Assembly (NCBI RefSeq): GCF_006345805.1
Contig: NC_042997.1
Coordinates: 28,892,001 to 28,956,000 of the forward strand
Reading direction: 5' to 3'
DNA: 64,000 bases
Origin: Octopus sinensis
Lineage: Eukaryota
Below, piece by piece: positions 1-13,902 of this stretch (its first letter is position 1; each line of letters starts with the position of its first letter). The notes under the pieces were generated by a model, which saw only the letters and a list, made by a program, of their open reading frames with translations, did not search any database and was not told the origin of the DNA. Position numbers and translations under genes: made by a program.

Positions 1-1820
1 ATGGATCCTTGCGGTAAACAGACTTCATGCACACTAAATGCATTGCTTCATCTCCATACGGCCTTCAATATTCCAGTTTAGTGATTAATATAATATCCAA
101 TATGTTGATACGTAGAACGGAAGGGTCTCTTTCTTTTTGTCTATTGTTGTTTTACGACGGTATGCAAAAATAAGAGTATCAAAGTTTTTTTCCCTGCCAA
201 ATCGAGACCATTTTAATTTCTGACTCTACTTAACTAGGAATAGATTGACAATTAAATTCCTATAGATATTTTGATTTACACAAAGAAAAACAAGATGACA
301 GATGCCTAAATATACGAACTACTGCTTTATAATCGTACATGTTGAATAAAGAATTGAAAAGAACTTATATGATATACTTCCATTGAGATACTTCGTATAA
401 CATCCACCATCTTAATAGTAGTTAGGTCTGAGTTTAGGTGTAATACGTCCTTAAATGTCACCACCAAATAGCAGAGTAGTGTAGTATTAATTTTACATCA
501 CTTGATTTCTAATGGAAATTCGGTAATTTAATACTTCATTATAGAATTGTAGTGAATTATTATTTCGATTAAAGCGCAAAGTGGTAGACAAGGTCAGAAA
601 AAGAAAACGATATATGCACAACTGAAGAATGGTAACCTGCGCAAAAAATATAAATGGGAGTACCCAAGATTCTGCCGCTTCACGCAAAGTTAATAAAGAT
701 ATTTCATGTATATATACACGTCTCTACGGTGTGGAATGCGAGCGTATGTGTTGCCTTTTAAAATAAAAAATGGAAACCTACTCATACCTTATTCTCTCAC
801 ATAGTTTTTCCTTATTGTAACACATAAAAAAATCTCCATCTCGTATCAGCCTTCTCCAAATAGAAAGCATTATTGCAGTTTTGGAATTGTCATTCTTAGA
901 TGTAACGTATGGAGGCTACATATTCCATTAATTATTTTCTTGGCTGTTATATATCGCAAGGTTTTATTACTCTAGTTCATTTCCCTATATAATTTTTAAC
1001 TGCGTTTTTGATACACTATACATAATATATAAAGTCATAAATCTCTATATGAAAGATAAAGTTCATACAGTTGGTGTATAAATCTTTTCGGTGATTCTCC
1101 AGTTGCCTGCCAGTACGTTAGTGGGAGAGTAAAATATATTAGGCAAAATAATTCCTCCGCTATATCACACCTAAGCTATAAATGAAATACGTAGAGTGAA
1201 TATGGGAAGGAAATATGAGAGACACATATTTATTTGCCACAAAATTTTTTAAAGTAAAGTCAATGTAAAAATCAGAAAATATGAACCTCGCGTGAATTTA
1301 AGTACAAAAAAGTTGTATTAGAGCAAATTTTTTATAATGTTCATAAGGTAAAGACTTGTTTATTGAGACAGTGCCATTAATTTTGACTGAGTATTTTGTC
1401 GCATTTTGGATATTTCTTTATATGTCAAGATTCATTTCACGAAACATTAGAGTAATTGAATAGTTACCTTGATTTATACATCAGCATCAAGCCGTGCAAA
1501 CTGAGAATAAATTGCGCGAGAGTTTCACTGACGTGTCAGAGAAAAGAAAAGAGAAATAGATCGTCGGTATATGAAAATAAAGATTTAACATGCTTTGAAA
1601 ATACAGACATCCCCATTTGAAATGATATTATTGATGCCCTGCGACGAAATACATAACTTCATCGTAATGATGATACATACAGAATAGATCATTATAATTA
1701 AGCAGCAAATAATTTTTATTTCAATATATTTACTTTTCATTTCATTGAACAACACACATAATATATATCTTGCATTAGGGTGGTTTCACATATTTATCAT
1801 ACCGATGAATATTTATCATA

Positions 1821-2148
1821 TCAGTAGTTAGAGCGTCGAGCTTACGATCGTGAGGTCCTGAGCTCGATTCCCGGACCGGACTGCGTGTTGTGTTTTTGAG
1901 CAAGACACTATATTTCACGTTACTCTAGTTGACTGAGCTGTACGAGTTGCGACATCATTGATGCCAAGCTGTATCGGCCTTTGCCTTTCCTTTGGATAAC
2001 AACAGCGGTGTAGAGAGGGGAGGCCGGTACACAGGGGCGGCTGCTGCCCTTCCACAAATATTCCATATATAATCTTGCCCGGACTTGTGCCTCGGTGGGT
2101 AAAATTCTAGGTGTAATCCCATGGTCATTAATGACAGAAGGGGGATCA
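1821..2148 (+). mobile_element. tRNA-derived SINE, family A (head + 'ttgagcaagacact' body)
   Basis: tRNA-like head (tcagtagttagagcgtcg...gagctcgattcccgg) and body align with the copy at 63301-63632; ends at a (CA)n(TA)n tract. Confidence 0.8.
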
Positions 2149-2150
2149 CG

Positions 2151-2208
2151 CACAAACACACACACACACACAGACACACACACACACACCACACACACAC
2201 ACACACAC

Positions 2209-2261
<53 letters not shown>
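2151..2261. repeat. (CA)n(TA)n compound microsatellite
   Basis: direct reading. Confidence 0.95.
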
Positions 2262-2265
<4 letters not shown>

Positions 2266-2269
2266 AAAA

Positions 2270-5200
2270 ATGAGGTACTCAGAAATCTAGATGGTTTCAT
2301 ATTTACAGATATTTATTAGTATGTTACACCATTTTATAAATCATATATCATATATGTATTTGCCTGTATGTTTTTTTTTATTATACATAATGTACCTGTT
2401 ATTGTAGGGATTATTTCTTTTTTATGCTTTACATTCGGGGTACCTCTATTTCGAGACATTGGTTTTTTGAGAGTTTCTCCGTTTCTATTAGAAATACATT
2501 ATCATATGTTGGGATTGATGCGTCAATTAGAAAGCTTTCTACGAGATAATGTTTTACTATATCCGCTCTATTAGCCTTAATCTCTATATATGTGTGTATT
2601 AGGATATCCCAGAGTATGGCTGCTGTGTAATTTTTGAGACATTTTCTGATATGCTTATAACACCCTTTTTATTTTCTCATTCTATAGTGTTAGCACATTT
2701 CTCAATAGAAAATTTCCGGCATCTAATGGTGGTCATTTTATGGTATATTTCCTCTATCACCTTCAATTCGTTGTATCTATAACCTTATTATGTCGGATTA
2801 TGGGCGATGTATTCCAAATTCCGCCCTTATTTTTCTTGTTTTCCTGTCTAGCAGTGTTAATTCCTTTCGCTTCCAATTAAGAATATTGTAAGTGTAACGT
2901 ATAACTGAGAAAGCTAGAATGATGGACGCCTATTATCTTGATTTTCGCTTTGAGTTACCTTGTAAGTAATAATCTTGTCTGCAGCATTCATTCTTTAACT
3001 TCTCTTTCATTTGTGTGTAGTAACATATCTCGTTAATTGATTCTTAAGCATTTTAATGTCTGGTTTGGGCTAATCCTCTTATTTCATTTTCTGTCGCTAG
3101 TGTGATATTGTTACTCGTTCGTCTTTTCAAGGTTGCTTTGGCACATTGTTTCTAATAAATTTCATAATTATGTCTTTGGTAAATCAGTGCACTGTCTGTA
3201 GTAATGCTTCTAGTCGTTTATCATTTGCAGCATGTAATTTCAGATCATCCATATATAAGAGATTGTGTTACTGTAAAACTTGTATCTACATCCAGTTCTG
3301 TGTAGAATGTCAGTTAAAGGCGCCAGTGCCAAGCAGAGAAGGATTGGAGAGAGAGAGAGGGAGAGAGAAAGAGGGAGAGAGAGAGAGAGAGAGTGTGTGT
3401 GTGCGTGTGTGTGTGTGCGCGCGTGTGTTTGCGCTTCGAATATTTCTTTTTTTGATAAGGATGGCTTTAGTTTCATGATTTGTTATCTTGTCTGGAGCTG
3501 CAATAGTCTTTGTCATTTATTAATGGGATGTTTTATATATTTTATTATTGTTGGCGGTACTCTGTTCATGACTAGTATTTCCAAAATGCATGTGTGGGGA
3601 ATACTGTCAAAAGCCTTTCATTAATCGATCCAGGCCATGCTTACACCCTTCTTTTTCTTTCACCTGTCTTTTGTTATGGTTGTATTGATCAATAACAGAT
3701 CTTTACAGTCATATGAGCCTTTGCATCATTACTTTTGTTCTTCTGGAAACAAGTTGTTTTCTTCTAGATATCTGTCCATTCCCCGCAATAGTGTTGCAGG
3801 TAAAGCTTTATAAATTATAGGGATCCATGTTATAGCTCCAGTTTTGTGGGATTGTTGTTTTAGTGGATTCGGACGTTAGGATAATTTTCCGCTTTGTGAG
3901 ATACTCAGGTGTTGTGTTGTCTCTAGCTCTGCTAGCATCTCAGCGTATTATTTTTATCGGCCAGCATATCTCTTTTAAATATTTTAGCCAGAAATTGTGG
4001 ATCTTGTCAATTTTTTATATTTTGCAGTCCCTGGATGATCTCTTCCATTTTTATAGTTATCCAGAGTTGTTCAGATACTGTGTTTGTTGCTTTAATAGAT
4101 ATCTTCTGGAGCTCTTCCTTTGCCCACCAAAATCTCCCCAAAATCAATCCATCTCTTATATTGATGGTGCCGCATTGATATTCTTTTGTTATTTTTAACA
4201 AGTTCTTGGAAGACTCGTTTTTGATCAGATGTGAAATGTTTGTTTTGTTCAAAAGATCATTGACGTTTCTATTACCGACGGGTTCTTTGTGCTTTGTTTA
4301 TCTTGCTTTAGCCATTCTTTTACCTTAGGAATAATTTGATCTATTTCATTTCTGTAGCATTTTTCTTTTTTTCTTGTTATCGTTTGCCTACTACTTTCTT
4401 TGAAGATTGACGGATAATCTATATTATTTTATATTTTATCCGTATATTATTTTCTATAGCTTTTGTTTAAGTTCTATTACTCATATTTGGATGGATTTGA
4501 GGGAGTATCCAATTTGTTTGTTGCCAAAAAAGATGTTGCATATATTATTTCGTTTAGTCTAATCGTAGTGAAATTTCTTTCTGTTGCTATTAGTTCTATG
4601 GCGGCCACGTTTATGATGTTTATTTTTTTGGAAGTCCATGCTGAGTTCTTTGGCTCTTAATATCTTGATTATTCTCATTTTAGAGTATTATACTCATGGT
4701 TTTCGCTTTCATTGTTTCCAGTTTTTAGGTTCGTTCCATATACTATCCATTATATACTTTTATCTGCATTGTTCTTTTAATGAATCCATAATGATAGCCC
4801 AAGCACACTATTAGGTTATCATTATGGATTCCTATATATTTTGTTTGTTGTTTTGATACCGATTTTTTGTTCCGTGTTACGTCAATCCTTATGTTCTATA
4901 ATCTCAGTAATTATGTTATTATTAGGTATTGTTCCATAGGTGCCAATTGCGTTTTCACTTCCTTTTAAATGTTCTATTTCGGCTTCAGATTTTTTGTTTT
5001 GTTGTGAGAATGCACCTCCTTTTGTTGGCTTTTTTTAAAGATTCATCGATTTATCTGGGTTATTTTTCTGCCAGATTTTTTATATGTATATGATGGGTTT
5101 TTTTGTGTGCGTAGACTGCTGCTGTAAAATAAGCGTGTAGAATAAAATGTATTCCTTTCATATCCATTTATGATTTATTAATTTTATTTGAGGAACGTCA

Positions 5201-5480
5201 GGAATAACGCCCGGCCCTTCATTTTCGTAGGGGACCGGTCCGTTCCTTTCTGGTATAAACATGTTTTGCAGTTGGAATTTTTCGTATTTTTGCGTAATAA
5301 GTTAAAGAGCTTTCGTTTATTATTCTTAGACTATATATGTATTTTCTAATTTATATTTACCTTTTTTGTATGATGGTTGGGGACGGAGAGGGTCTGTTGT
5401 TGATTGGAAGCAAACTGTGGCAAGCATGTTTACATATGTTATACAATTGATGGAAACAGTAGACAGTCATAACACACAAT
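2270..5480 (-). mobile_element. Near full-length decayed R4/Dong-clade non-LTR retrotransposon (RT + REL endonuclease)
   Basis: minus-strand peptides DKIHNFWLKYL, KDLLLIN...SMAWID..KAFDSIPH, LLYMDDLKLHAANDKRLEALL, LLDRKTRKIRAEFGIHRP and REL-like FLIDASIP..NVFLIETEKL; many stops and frameshifts; GA/GT microsatellite inside at ~3335-3425. Confidence 0.85.
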
Positions 5481-5864
5481 TTCATTTGGAAAACACAATT
5501 ACATTTTAATAAGTATTACTTACTCGGGTATTCTCCAAACCTTTCTTCGTTATTTTTATGTTTCATTCATTCCTTTTATTCCCGACATTTTCTGATAGAT
5601 TTTAGTTTAATGTTTTTTTAATTTTCACATGTTAAAAGTCCCTGGTGTAGTTGTTGTTGTTGTTATTGTTGTTGTTGATGTCGTCGTCGATGTTGATGCT
5701 GTTTTCTATTTATGCCATTCTTCAAATGTTATCACATTTAGTATTAAAAGGAAATATTGCTTATGTGGTTATCAGTGAGGATATGTAACAATGTACCCAT
5801 CTACAATGTATGTTTGCCAGTCTGTACTATCAGGGTGTATGTATACCAGTGTGTGAATGTACAA

Positions 5865-5873
5865 ATATATGTA

Positions 5874-5909
<36 letters not shown>

Positions 5910-5928
5910 TGTATGTATGTATGTATGT

Positions 5929-5968
<40 letters not shown>

Positions 5969-5996
5969 TGTATGTATGTATATATATATATATATA
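5865..5996. repeat. (TATG)n/(TA)n microsatellite
   Basis: direct reading. Confidence 0.95.
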
Positions 5997-6150
5997 GTGG
6001 CTGTGTGGTAAGTAGCTTGCTTACCAACCACGTGGTTCCGAGTGCAGTCCCACAATGTGACTCCTTGCAAAAGTGCCTTCCACTATAGCCGCGGGCCGAC
6101 CAAAAACTTGTGAGTGGATTACGTAGACGGAAACCGAAAGAATTCCGTCA
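5997..6150 (+). mobile_element. tRNA-derived SINE, family B (CORE-like), 5' part
   Basis: gtggctgtgtggtaagtagcttgcttaccaacc... matches the reverse complement of 14128-14297 and 61755-61910. Confidence 0.8.
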
Positions 6151-6169
6151 TATATAAGTGTGTCTGTGT

Positions 6170-6330
<161 letters not shown>

Positions 6331-7039
6331 GCATATGAGAAATAATTATTGGTCCACTAGCTTCTCGTCAGACCAAAGATACCTAAGTTGAATGAAGGTT
6401 ATATTAACGTCAAGTGATCTCTAGTTAACTTGCAGATGTGACTTAAAATGATTGGTGCAACAAGAATTCGGTGTGAAAACCAAAAAAAATAATGGAAAAG
6501 CATACGGATGAAGAAATGAAATATAGGAATGAGTATTTTCTAAAGTTGCTGAGAAAAGGGGAGGGAGAAAAGGGGGTGATTTCGGTTATATTGAAAGTCA
6601 CAAAGGGAAGGTTATTGTGAATGTAAGCTGGGACCATTTACTCTGTCAACGGTAAATAAGTAAACATTGTCGCACCCAATTATGTATGTTTCAAAAGAAT
6701 CAAAGAAAAGAAAAAAAAAGAACGTTTAGAAGTAGAATTGTCAAGAGAAGGAAATGAAGATATTATTTAGCAGTTGTAGTATCGTGGAATTGCTAGAAGA
6801 GAGGGAGGAAGAAAGAGAGGGAGATGTAGATGAATTTATTAGTTATAAGACGAACACAGTAGTTCGAGGTAAACTTTTGGTAAACCACTTAACTGTGAAT
6901 GTATATATTCGCATATCTGCGCGCATGTGCATATTTTCCTCTATGTACCTGTTGTACCGTACGTGCCTGTATATTCTCATGTCGAGAGAGGAAAATATAG
7001 GGAGGTCACGAGGTTAAGAAAATATAAAGGTAGCTAGAG

Positions 7040-7560
7040 AAGTTGTATGAAATGAATATATAGAAAGGCTTCGAGTGAGGTTGGAGGAAAAGTTACAGAA
7101 TAGTTGAGGAGGGCGCAATTATTTGTACCTTGAGAATGTTTTACTTAGCGTATGTTTGCAAATAAGAATTAGACGGCTCTGTTCATTCTCACAATTGCTG
7201 CATTCCATAATAGATGAGACTTCTGCAATGCAGACATGGCATTTGTCGTTATATCCCTCATAAGGTTTGTCTTAGATAACGACGGACCATTTAAAATTAT
7301 TTATAACGGAGTTTTGTTTTAGGTTATATATGAGCCGAGATAAAGAATTGCTATTAGATCTCGTTTGAGATTTAAAGCTAGAATTGTGATTGCCAACTGG
7401 CCTTGAAGATGATGCTACAGGAGGTGATATACACGTAATTGGATTATTCCGTTGATACATACATTTATATCCAACTAGCAGGGCTCGTGAATATTTCATG
7501 CAATTATTATTAGAATATTCCTGAAGACTTTATCCAAACTCTGAAAGCGTAGCCTGTGTT
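7040..7560 (-). mobile_element. Penelope-like element, decayed GIY-YIG endonuclease C-terminal region
   Basis: peptide GNHNSSFKSQTRSNSNSLSRLIYNLKQN..FKWSVVI*DKPY...KCHVCIAE resembles the Neptune-type PLE endonuclease end. Confidence 0.7.
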
Positions 7561-8049
7561 ATGTCTGTATCAAAAGATAGTCACTCATCTGCTAATAATT
7601 GAGTACTGAAGGAAATTGGAATAAGGTGGTTAATTAATGCACTTTATATATGCAAAATTGGTACTTCATGCACAAGTTTATAAAGTTACAAAATACACAG
7701 CATTCTCCTTGTTTCTCTCTCACTGTTCGCCTTACTCTTTATTTTCTTTCTCTTTTTTTATTTCGTTTTTCGCCTTTCCTTTCACACAATCACGTGAAAA
7801 AAACTTTGTTAAAAAATTACACGTTTTAATCACCATCGCCTCACAATCCCACTCCCATTCCCCACCTCCACCTCCCATCCCCATGTTTCCCATCCCTTTC
7901 CCCTCTTCATCTCTCCCCTCACAGCATACTCCTTCTCCGTCTCTCTTCCACTCCCTGCCCCCATTCCTCTTTCCCTCTCCCCCTCAACTACCCTTGTCCC
8001 CTCTCCAATCGCATTCCTAACCCTTCCCATTCCAATTCCTTCTGTCCCT

Positions 8050-8940
8050 TCAACTAATGCCATGGAAGCGTTACGGACATCCAAGTAACGGAGGAACAAG
8101 CAGAATTATTATAAGATTTTTTTGTGACGTAACTATTATCTGAGGGACATGAGGATTTTAGAATGTACTAAAGTGGAATTCGCAGAGTTATGATTATTTG
8201 GTTTAACCTGGTGTTATATGCATTATTGATATTGCCGTTAGGATTGGTATATTTAGAGTGGTGAGGGACTCGTCCTGGGAAATAGTTTATAGTAACTCTT
8301 GTGTCTAATGATATTATTCCTATCCTTGTCTATTTCGATGTGGGTATAGCCGGATCGCAAAGCTGGTGAAAATTATTTGGTGGGGTATTAGGATTAAGGA
8401 ATGGTGGTCTTGTAGGTCGGTGTCTCGTAAGGAGTTTTAAGGATGCTCTAGAGTAACGGGGCAGGAGTTAGGGCGCTGGAGGTCAGGTGTTAGTGTGATT
8501 AACGTTAATTAATTGCTAATTACAAAGATTTTGTATTGTTCAGACGGCGAATTATACAGGCAATACTAGTTGTGGTGAAGTAGGAAAATTTAATCGATTG
8601 GGGATTGAAGATTTTTCTAAGAAGGCTGAATCTAGGGAAATATTTTTTCAGTAGAGCAAAGGATAGCTTAGCAACTCTAGTCTGAACATTAAGGGCAAAA
8701 CGGGAGGAACCAGTTAATGTGACGTGTCCTGGTCCATGTGTTCCATTCTAAGGGATTATCTGAGTATGGATTGGAAAATGGAGGTGCATCCTGGTGTGGA
8801 TTTCAATGAACAGCGGCGGATTTGGTATCAGAAATCACAAGGTGGCCGGAGTGCCTATCGGGTTTTGGATTTTACGTGTGTGTACATTACCGAGTTGGAT
8901 TTCTACTTAAAACTTTCTTGAGAAAGAGATGGTGGCTTCT
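8050..8940 (-). mobile_element. Penelope-like element (Neptune-type), decayed thumb/linker region
   Basis: peptide RHINWFLP.FALNVQTRVAKLSFALLKKYFPRFSLLRKIFNPNRLKFSY matches the PLE 'IIWFNPPFS.NV.T.IGK.FL.L..KHFP...L.KIFN' motif. Confidence 0.75.
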
Positions 8941-9925
8941 TATATTTTGCTTTAGAAAATATTTAAATTGTTAACAACAAACAAAAAAAGCAGACCAAAT
9001 AAAACATCCGTCTACAAGGAAGCCCGTTTCTTGTAGAATAAAATATTGATTCTTCTTCTCCGTAGTCTTAATAACGACGTTGAATATATGACACCACATT
9101 TACCTTTTGAAGGCACTTATTCTTTACCGAAACTGTTGTTTAGGAACCAGTGTACTTTTAGCAAATACACCTCGATATATTTTTCAAACACTGTGTTTGG
9201 TATTTGGTTGTGATCGGAACAAGGATTGGAAACATTCAACACACCGAATAGTTGCACCCAAGCAAAATAATTTTCTTCCGATTATAATATTCAGTTTTTA
9301 AACTTACAATAAACATTTTTTTTACAACGGTTACACTAGGTATGATAGTGCTTGATGCCTACTAATTGTCTAGATTCATTGGCGTCAGTTATATTGCAGA
9401 GAAGGAAAATATAAACTATCACGACATAACGTTACAGAACTAATTGTATGTATACTAGTCGTTAGTAACTATCTGTGTAGTATTCACTGGTCCAGAAATC
9501 AAGTGCATTATTTATTGTATAATTAATCATTATTGATAAGTTAAAAATATGAAAAAAATTGTAGTTTTTCCTCTTCATTGTTGTTGATTATGTAATGGTT
9601 TCCGTATTCTGTAACTAATGTATGACCGTATATATTTACTGAGATAATATTAATATACACTTGTTACCAGTTTTATATACGTCTGTAAACTATTCGAAAT
9701 CATTTTGTCGTGAAGAAATATTCTTGCTGCAACAAAAGTGTGTAGACTCACTCTGTGAGATCGAGGGATACAGCCATTTCGAAGTAGGTTTCTTTTCATC
9801 CGGTCTAACACTCTTATTATTTTCCTATCAAAATATTTTGACAAGTGGCGATACTCTGCAGCACGACCGTAGGTAATTATGAACTCGAAGCGCTGGGCAG
9901 CCATATATAAAATTATATACATGTT

Positions 9926-10144
9926 ACCAGCTCAAATATGTTTGAAAGGTATTCAAACCACGTTGTCGTTATTGATGAGATAATTAATATTTTGAACCAA
10001 CTATGCCCATCCATCTGGAAAGACGTTCACCGAACTGACCGCCTGTGTTTACGACTAATTGTTCCCTTTCAGGATATTTCTCAGTGATAGAATGCAGTGA
10101 CTGACCGTTCTCTTTCGAACATTTTAAAGCATATTTGAACTGGT
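9926..10144. mobile_element. Possible MITE
   Basis: ~22 bp imperfect terminal inverted repeats (accagctcaaatatgtttgaaa / tttaaagcatatttgaactggt); no clear TSD. Confidence 0.35.
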
Positions 10145-12485
10145 ACCAAGTCCATATTTATATAAATTACTGTTTTGTTCTTCTAAGCTACAGCTAACAC
10201 TAAGTCTAGGAAGCTTAATGCGTCTATGACACAAGTTGGCACAGAGAATACGATCTGATTTTAAAAAATGAGTATGCTGCTTAGCATTTTGCCCACGGTG
10301 TTAAACATTTCCGCCCCACTTGTAATGTTAAACAGAATAATAGTAGCTTATATAAAATTCAACATCAGCAACATTAAGCGGGAAAGGGTATGTCAATAAA
10401 TTCGTAACGCCCCTGCGCAGAATGACTATCTATCGTCATGTGTATAATCATACACTGTGGATAGACAGTAGAAATGAATTACTCAAAATAAAACTTATTT
10501 TCGGGAAAACATATTAAAATACGAATTAAATAAAACATTTAATAATCAAATCAAAAGCTGTCAGCATAGGATTCACATGGGGGAAGTTAGAAATTAACAT
10601 CATGTGAAGTTATTAATTAACTGTTGTATAAATAAATTAATTTCTCTCGTATCCATTTCTGTTTAACTATAACGCTATGGTGATTGCTCATTTTTGTTAG
10701 CAAATATTTCGCTTACTTCAGGAATCAAACGCATTTTATATACTAATGCATAAACGTAGATGAACAAATTTTCCAAGCACCTATTCAATCAAGCTGCAAA
10801 TATAAAATTACAATGCCAATTAAGATTTCCTTTACACTGTTATGGAATAAATTTTTAAATGTATACAACAGGGTTACATAAAACGTATCTAATAATCATG
10901 ATCAAATTACATGGCGTTGTTGTCAGCCATCTCTACTGATGTTCGATTTGCAAGCTACCAGACTAGCATTCGTAGATCAATTACATAAACAAACAGGAAT
11001 GATCAGAAAAAGTCGATTCACCAACTGAAAACTGCTGATCCAACAAGTTTCAGTTATAAAGAGTGGCTGGTAAAATTTGCTTGAGCAATAAAGATGCACA
11101 GATAAATTTACCTTCTCAACACACCTCTCAGTCTCAACAGGTAAAATATATGTGTACAAAGTTTACGAATCATAAATAAAAGTTTGTAAAATCGAAATAT
11201 TGTGAAATAAATTAACATTTTCACCCATATTTCTACATCAAAGCAATGTCAATACTTTGATATTTCATATTTAAATTTACACAACTTCTAATAGTTTTTT
11301 TCTGGTATATGTATATCCGTGTGTGTTTGTGTGGGTGCATGTTGGGTGTGAGTTTGTGCCTCTGTATGGGCAGGAAGATGGATGCAGAGCTCTCAGTCGA
11401 TAAACATGGAAAGTAAAGGCATAGAAGACCCTCACCCACACTAAGATTTCAAAAGGATGGGAGAGAAAGATTTTGTGTTATAAATAATAAAAACAGAGAT
11501 TTTTTTAAAAAGTACGTCCGTCTCAGCGTTCGTGATGAAATTGAGACTGCAAACAATAAGGTATTTTAGAATTTGACCCGCATTAATTGTAGTAACGGCT
11601 GCAGTTTGAAAATAACCACCGTATGAGAGAGGCGGTAAGCAAGTGAAATGTAAGCTAAAATTAGAACAGGCAGTAAAATGAGAGGTACTTAAAGGAAGAT
11701 CAACTTAGCGGGTGAAATGTATCAGTGAGAACAATAAAGAAATTGAGTGTTGCTGAAAAGCAGAAAATGAAACAAAAAGCAGAAAAGTGAAAGAATCAGG
11801 GAAAGGAAAAATTTATTCGTCACAATGAGTAGGAAATATGTTTCGGTGCCCAATGATTATGTGAGGCTAAATGCCTTACAAATATATTACAGGAAATTGA
11901 AAAGGAACATGAAAACAATTATGTAAAAGCACAAGATAAAAATTCAACATTCTTGATGCATAGAGAGAGAAATGAACGTACATTTAGTGTGTTTAATGTG
12001 CAAGGAGTATAATGCGCCATATCTGGATATAAAGTGAAGGCAATAGCGATACCGCATGAAATGAAAGCTATTGGCACACTTGTTCATACGTCAGCATTCA
12101 CCCAAGGTGGGTTGAACTGGCTCCAGTCAACGAGTTCAGCATGTTCCACACGAATGCTGACCACATCCAACGTTCGCTGTAGTTGAAGCTATAAGACAAT
12201 GTTCTATTGTTCAAGTAGGCAATGTGGTGCTTCTACCTGCGGCACAAAGTACGGCTTACGATTTTGACAAATGCCTCACTTTGAGAGCAAACGAATGTAG
12301 TGTGTCTTAACAATCTGTCCGTACTGGAGCTAACAGCACGAATGCCAAGCATCACAGTATGTCTTTTCCAAATTTCTGGCAGAGCGAATTTCACCACGGT
12401 GTAGTTTTTTTTAATCACAGACGATGCCCAAGGGACTCTACTATATTGTGTAGTCAACAAAATGAAAAATATAAATGCACGAAAT

Positions 12486-12520
<35 letters not shown>

Positions 12521-12593
12521 ATGCATATATACGTATGTATGTATTCATAGAAAGTTTTTAAGTCATGTACAGGTATTGCATATTAAATAAATG

Positions 12594-12773
12594 GAAGCAG
12601 TCAGAAGTTTGGATAATTATTTATTAGCGCTTTCGTTCGTTCGTCTGAACCATTCAAAAAAAGTGAAGCCACATAATGAACCAAAATGATTTTGGTTCTA
12701 TTTTTTTCTTGAAGTTGTTGATGAAACAAACGAAAGCACTAATAAATAATTATCCGAATTTCTGACTGCCTTC
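12594..12773. mobile_element. Palindromic MITE-like element
   Basis: ~55 bp imperfect inverted arms (gaagcagtcagaagtttggataattatttattagcgctttcg.. / ..cgaaagcactaataaataattatccgaatttctgactgccttc); a solo homologous arm lies at ~62780-62831. Confidence 0.65.
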
Positions 12774-13105
12774 ATTTTCTTTACACACACACACACACAC
12801 ACACACACAAGCACACACGCATATATATGTATGTAAATATGTATGCGAGTTTAAACTCCGTTTGGTTCGTGGAAGATACCTGTGCGCGTTTATTTAGGAA
12901 ATTGAAAAACTAGATAAAAACGGGAGTTGGCATTCGTTATATTCAATCGTTGTTAGTATATGTTTATTAATTCCACTTACATGAGTTTTGATTGTTCTAG
13001 TCCTCTTGTTGCATTCAAGCCATAAAATGAGTTATCAATTGCAATGTTGCTGAATGTATTTAATTAAACACTTGCCTTATTCTTCTAATGATATATCATA
13101 CGGCA

Positions 13106-13315
13106 AAGACGGTGAGCTGGCAGAAACGTTAGCGCGCCGGGCAAAACGCTTAGCACTATTTCGTCTGTATTTACGTTCTGAGTTCAAATTCCGCCGTGGT
13201 CGACTTTGCCCCCCATCCTTTCGGACTCGTTAACTAAAGTACCAGTTTTGTACTGGCCTCGATCTAATCGACTGGCCTCCTCCGGAATGATTTCGTGTCT
13301 TCTGCCCAATGTAGA
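13106..13315 (+). mobile_element. Nin-domain-like SINE (family C), degenerate
   Basis: head gagctggcagaaacgttagc, B-box gagttcaaattcc, gtcgactttgcc..catcctttcgg domain. Confidence 0.8.
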
Positions 13316-13902
13316 AAATATATGTAGTACGGCATGTTTTGTAAGTAAACAATGAAAACATTTGCAATTGAGTCACCTGCTTTCGTGCCCTTCACGTGCT
13401 CAGATTTCGTTCATAAATATCGTTAAATGTGAAATATTTATTCTCTTGAGTTAATTTTTATCTTTCTGTGACTAAATTATTCTCTTTGCGTTGTAGTTAT
13501 ACAGCTCAATAATTATCCAATGAGCATTTAATGGTTTCAACTCCAATACCGTGCGGTGCATTTGGATAATATTTGGAATATATAAGCGGCTTGAGCAGAA
13601 GGTCCACAATGCTACTCCGACGGGGATTTTTGCGGCTTGGGCAGGTCTACAATTTTGCTCCCACGGCGAGTTTTGCACACAGGCCCACTTCCAGATTATT
13701 GGGCTACCGAACGTAAATGACTGTATCTTTAATTTATGCAGTGTTTTCACATTTTCACTTTTCTGAACATTTCGTATGCCATGGAATGTGTGAGATTTGT
13801 ATTTAAAACTACTAAAATAAGCATATACCTTACCTGTGAGTTCTATTCCATTCACGACTATTAATATCCTAAGATTTCTTATTTTTATACATTTTTTTTT
13901 CT

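Noticed and set aside
12270-12440. Possible very old Tc1 N-terminal relic (MPHL..RRCPR)
   Set aside because: Similarity too weak to support without an HMM search
13835-13869. Tiny minus-strand exon candidate ILIVVNGIELT (PDZ-like) with strong donor
   Set aside because: Only 35 nt with a weak acceptor; could easily be chance
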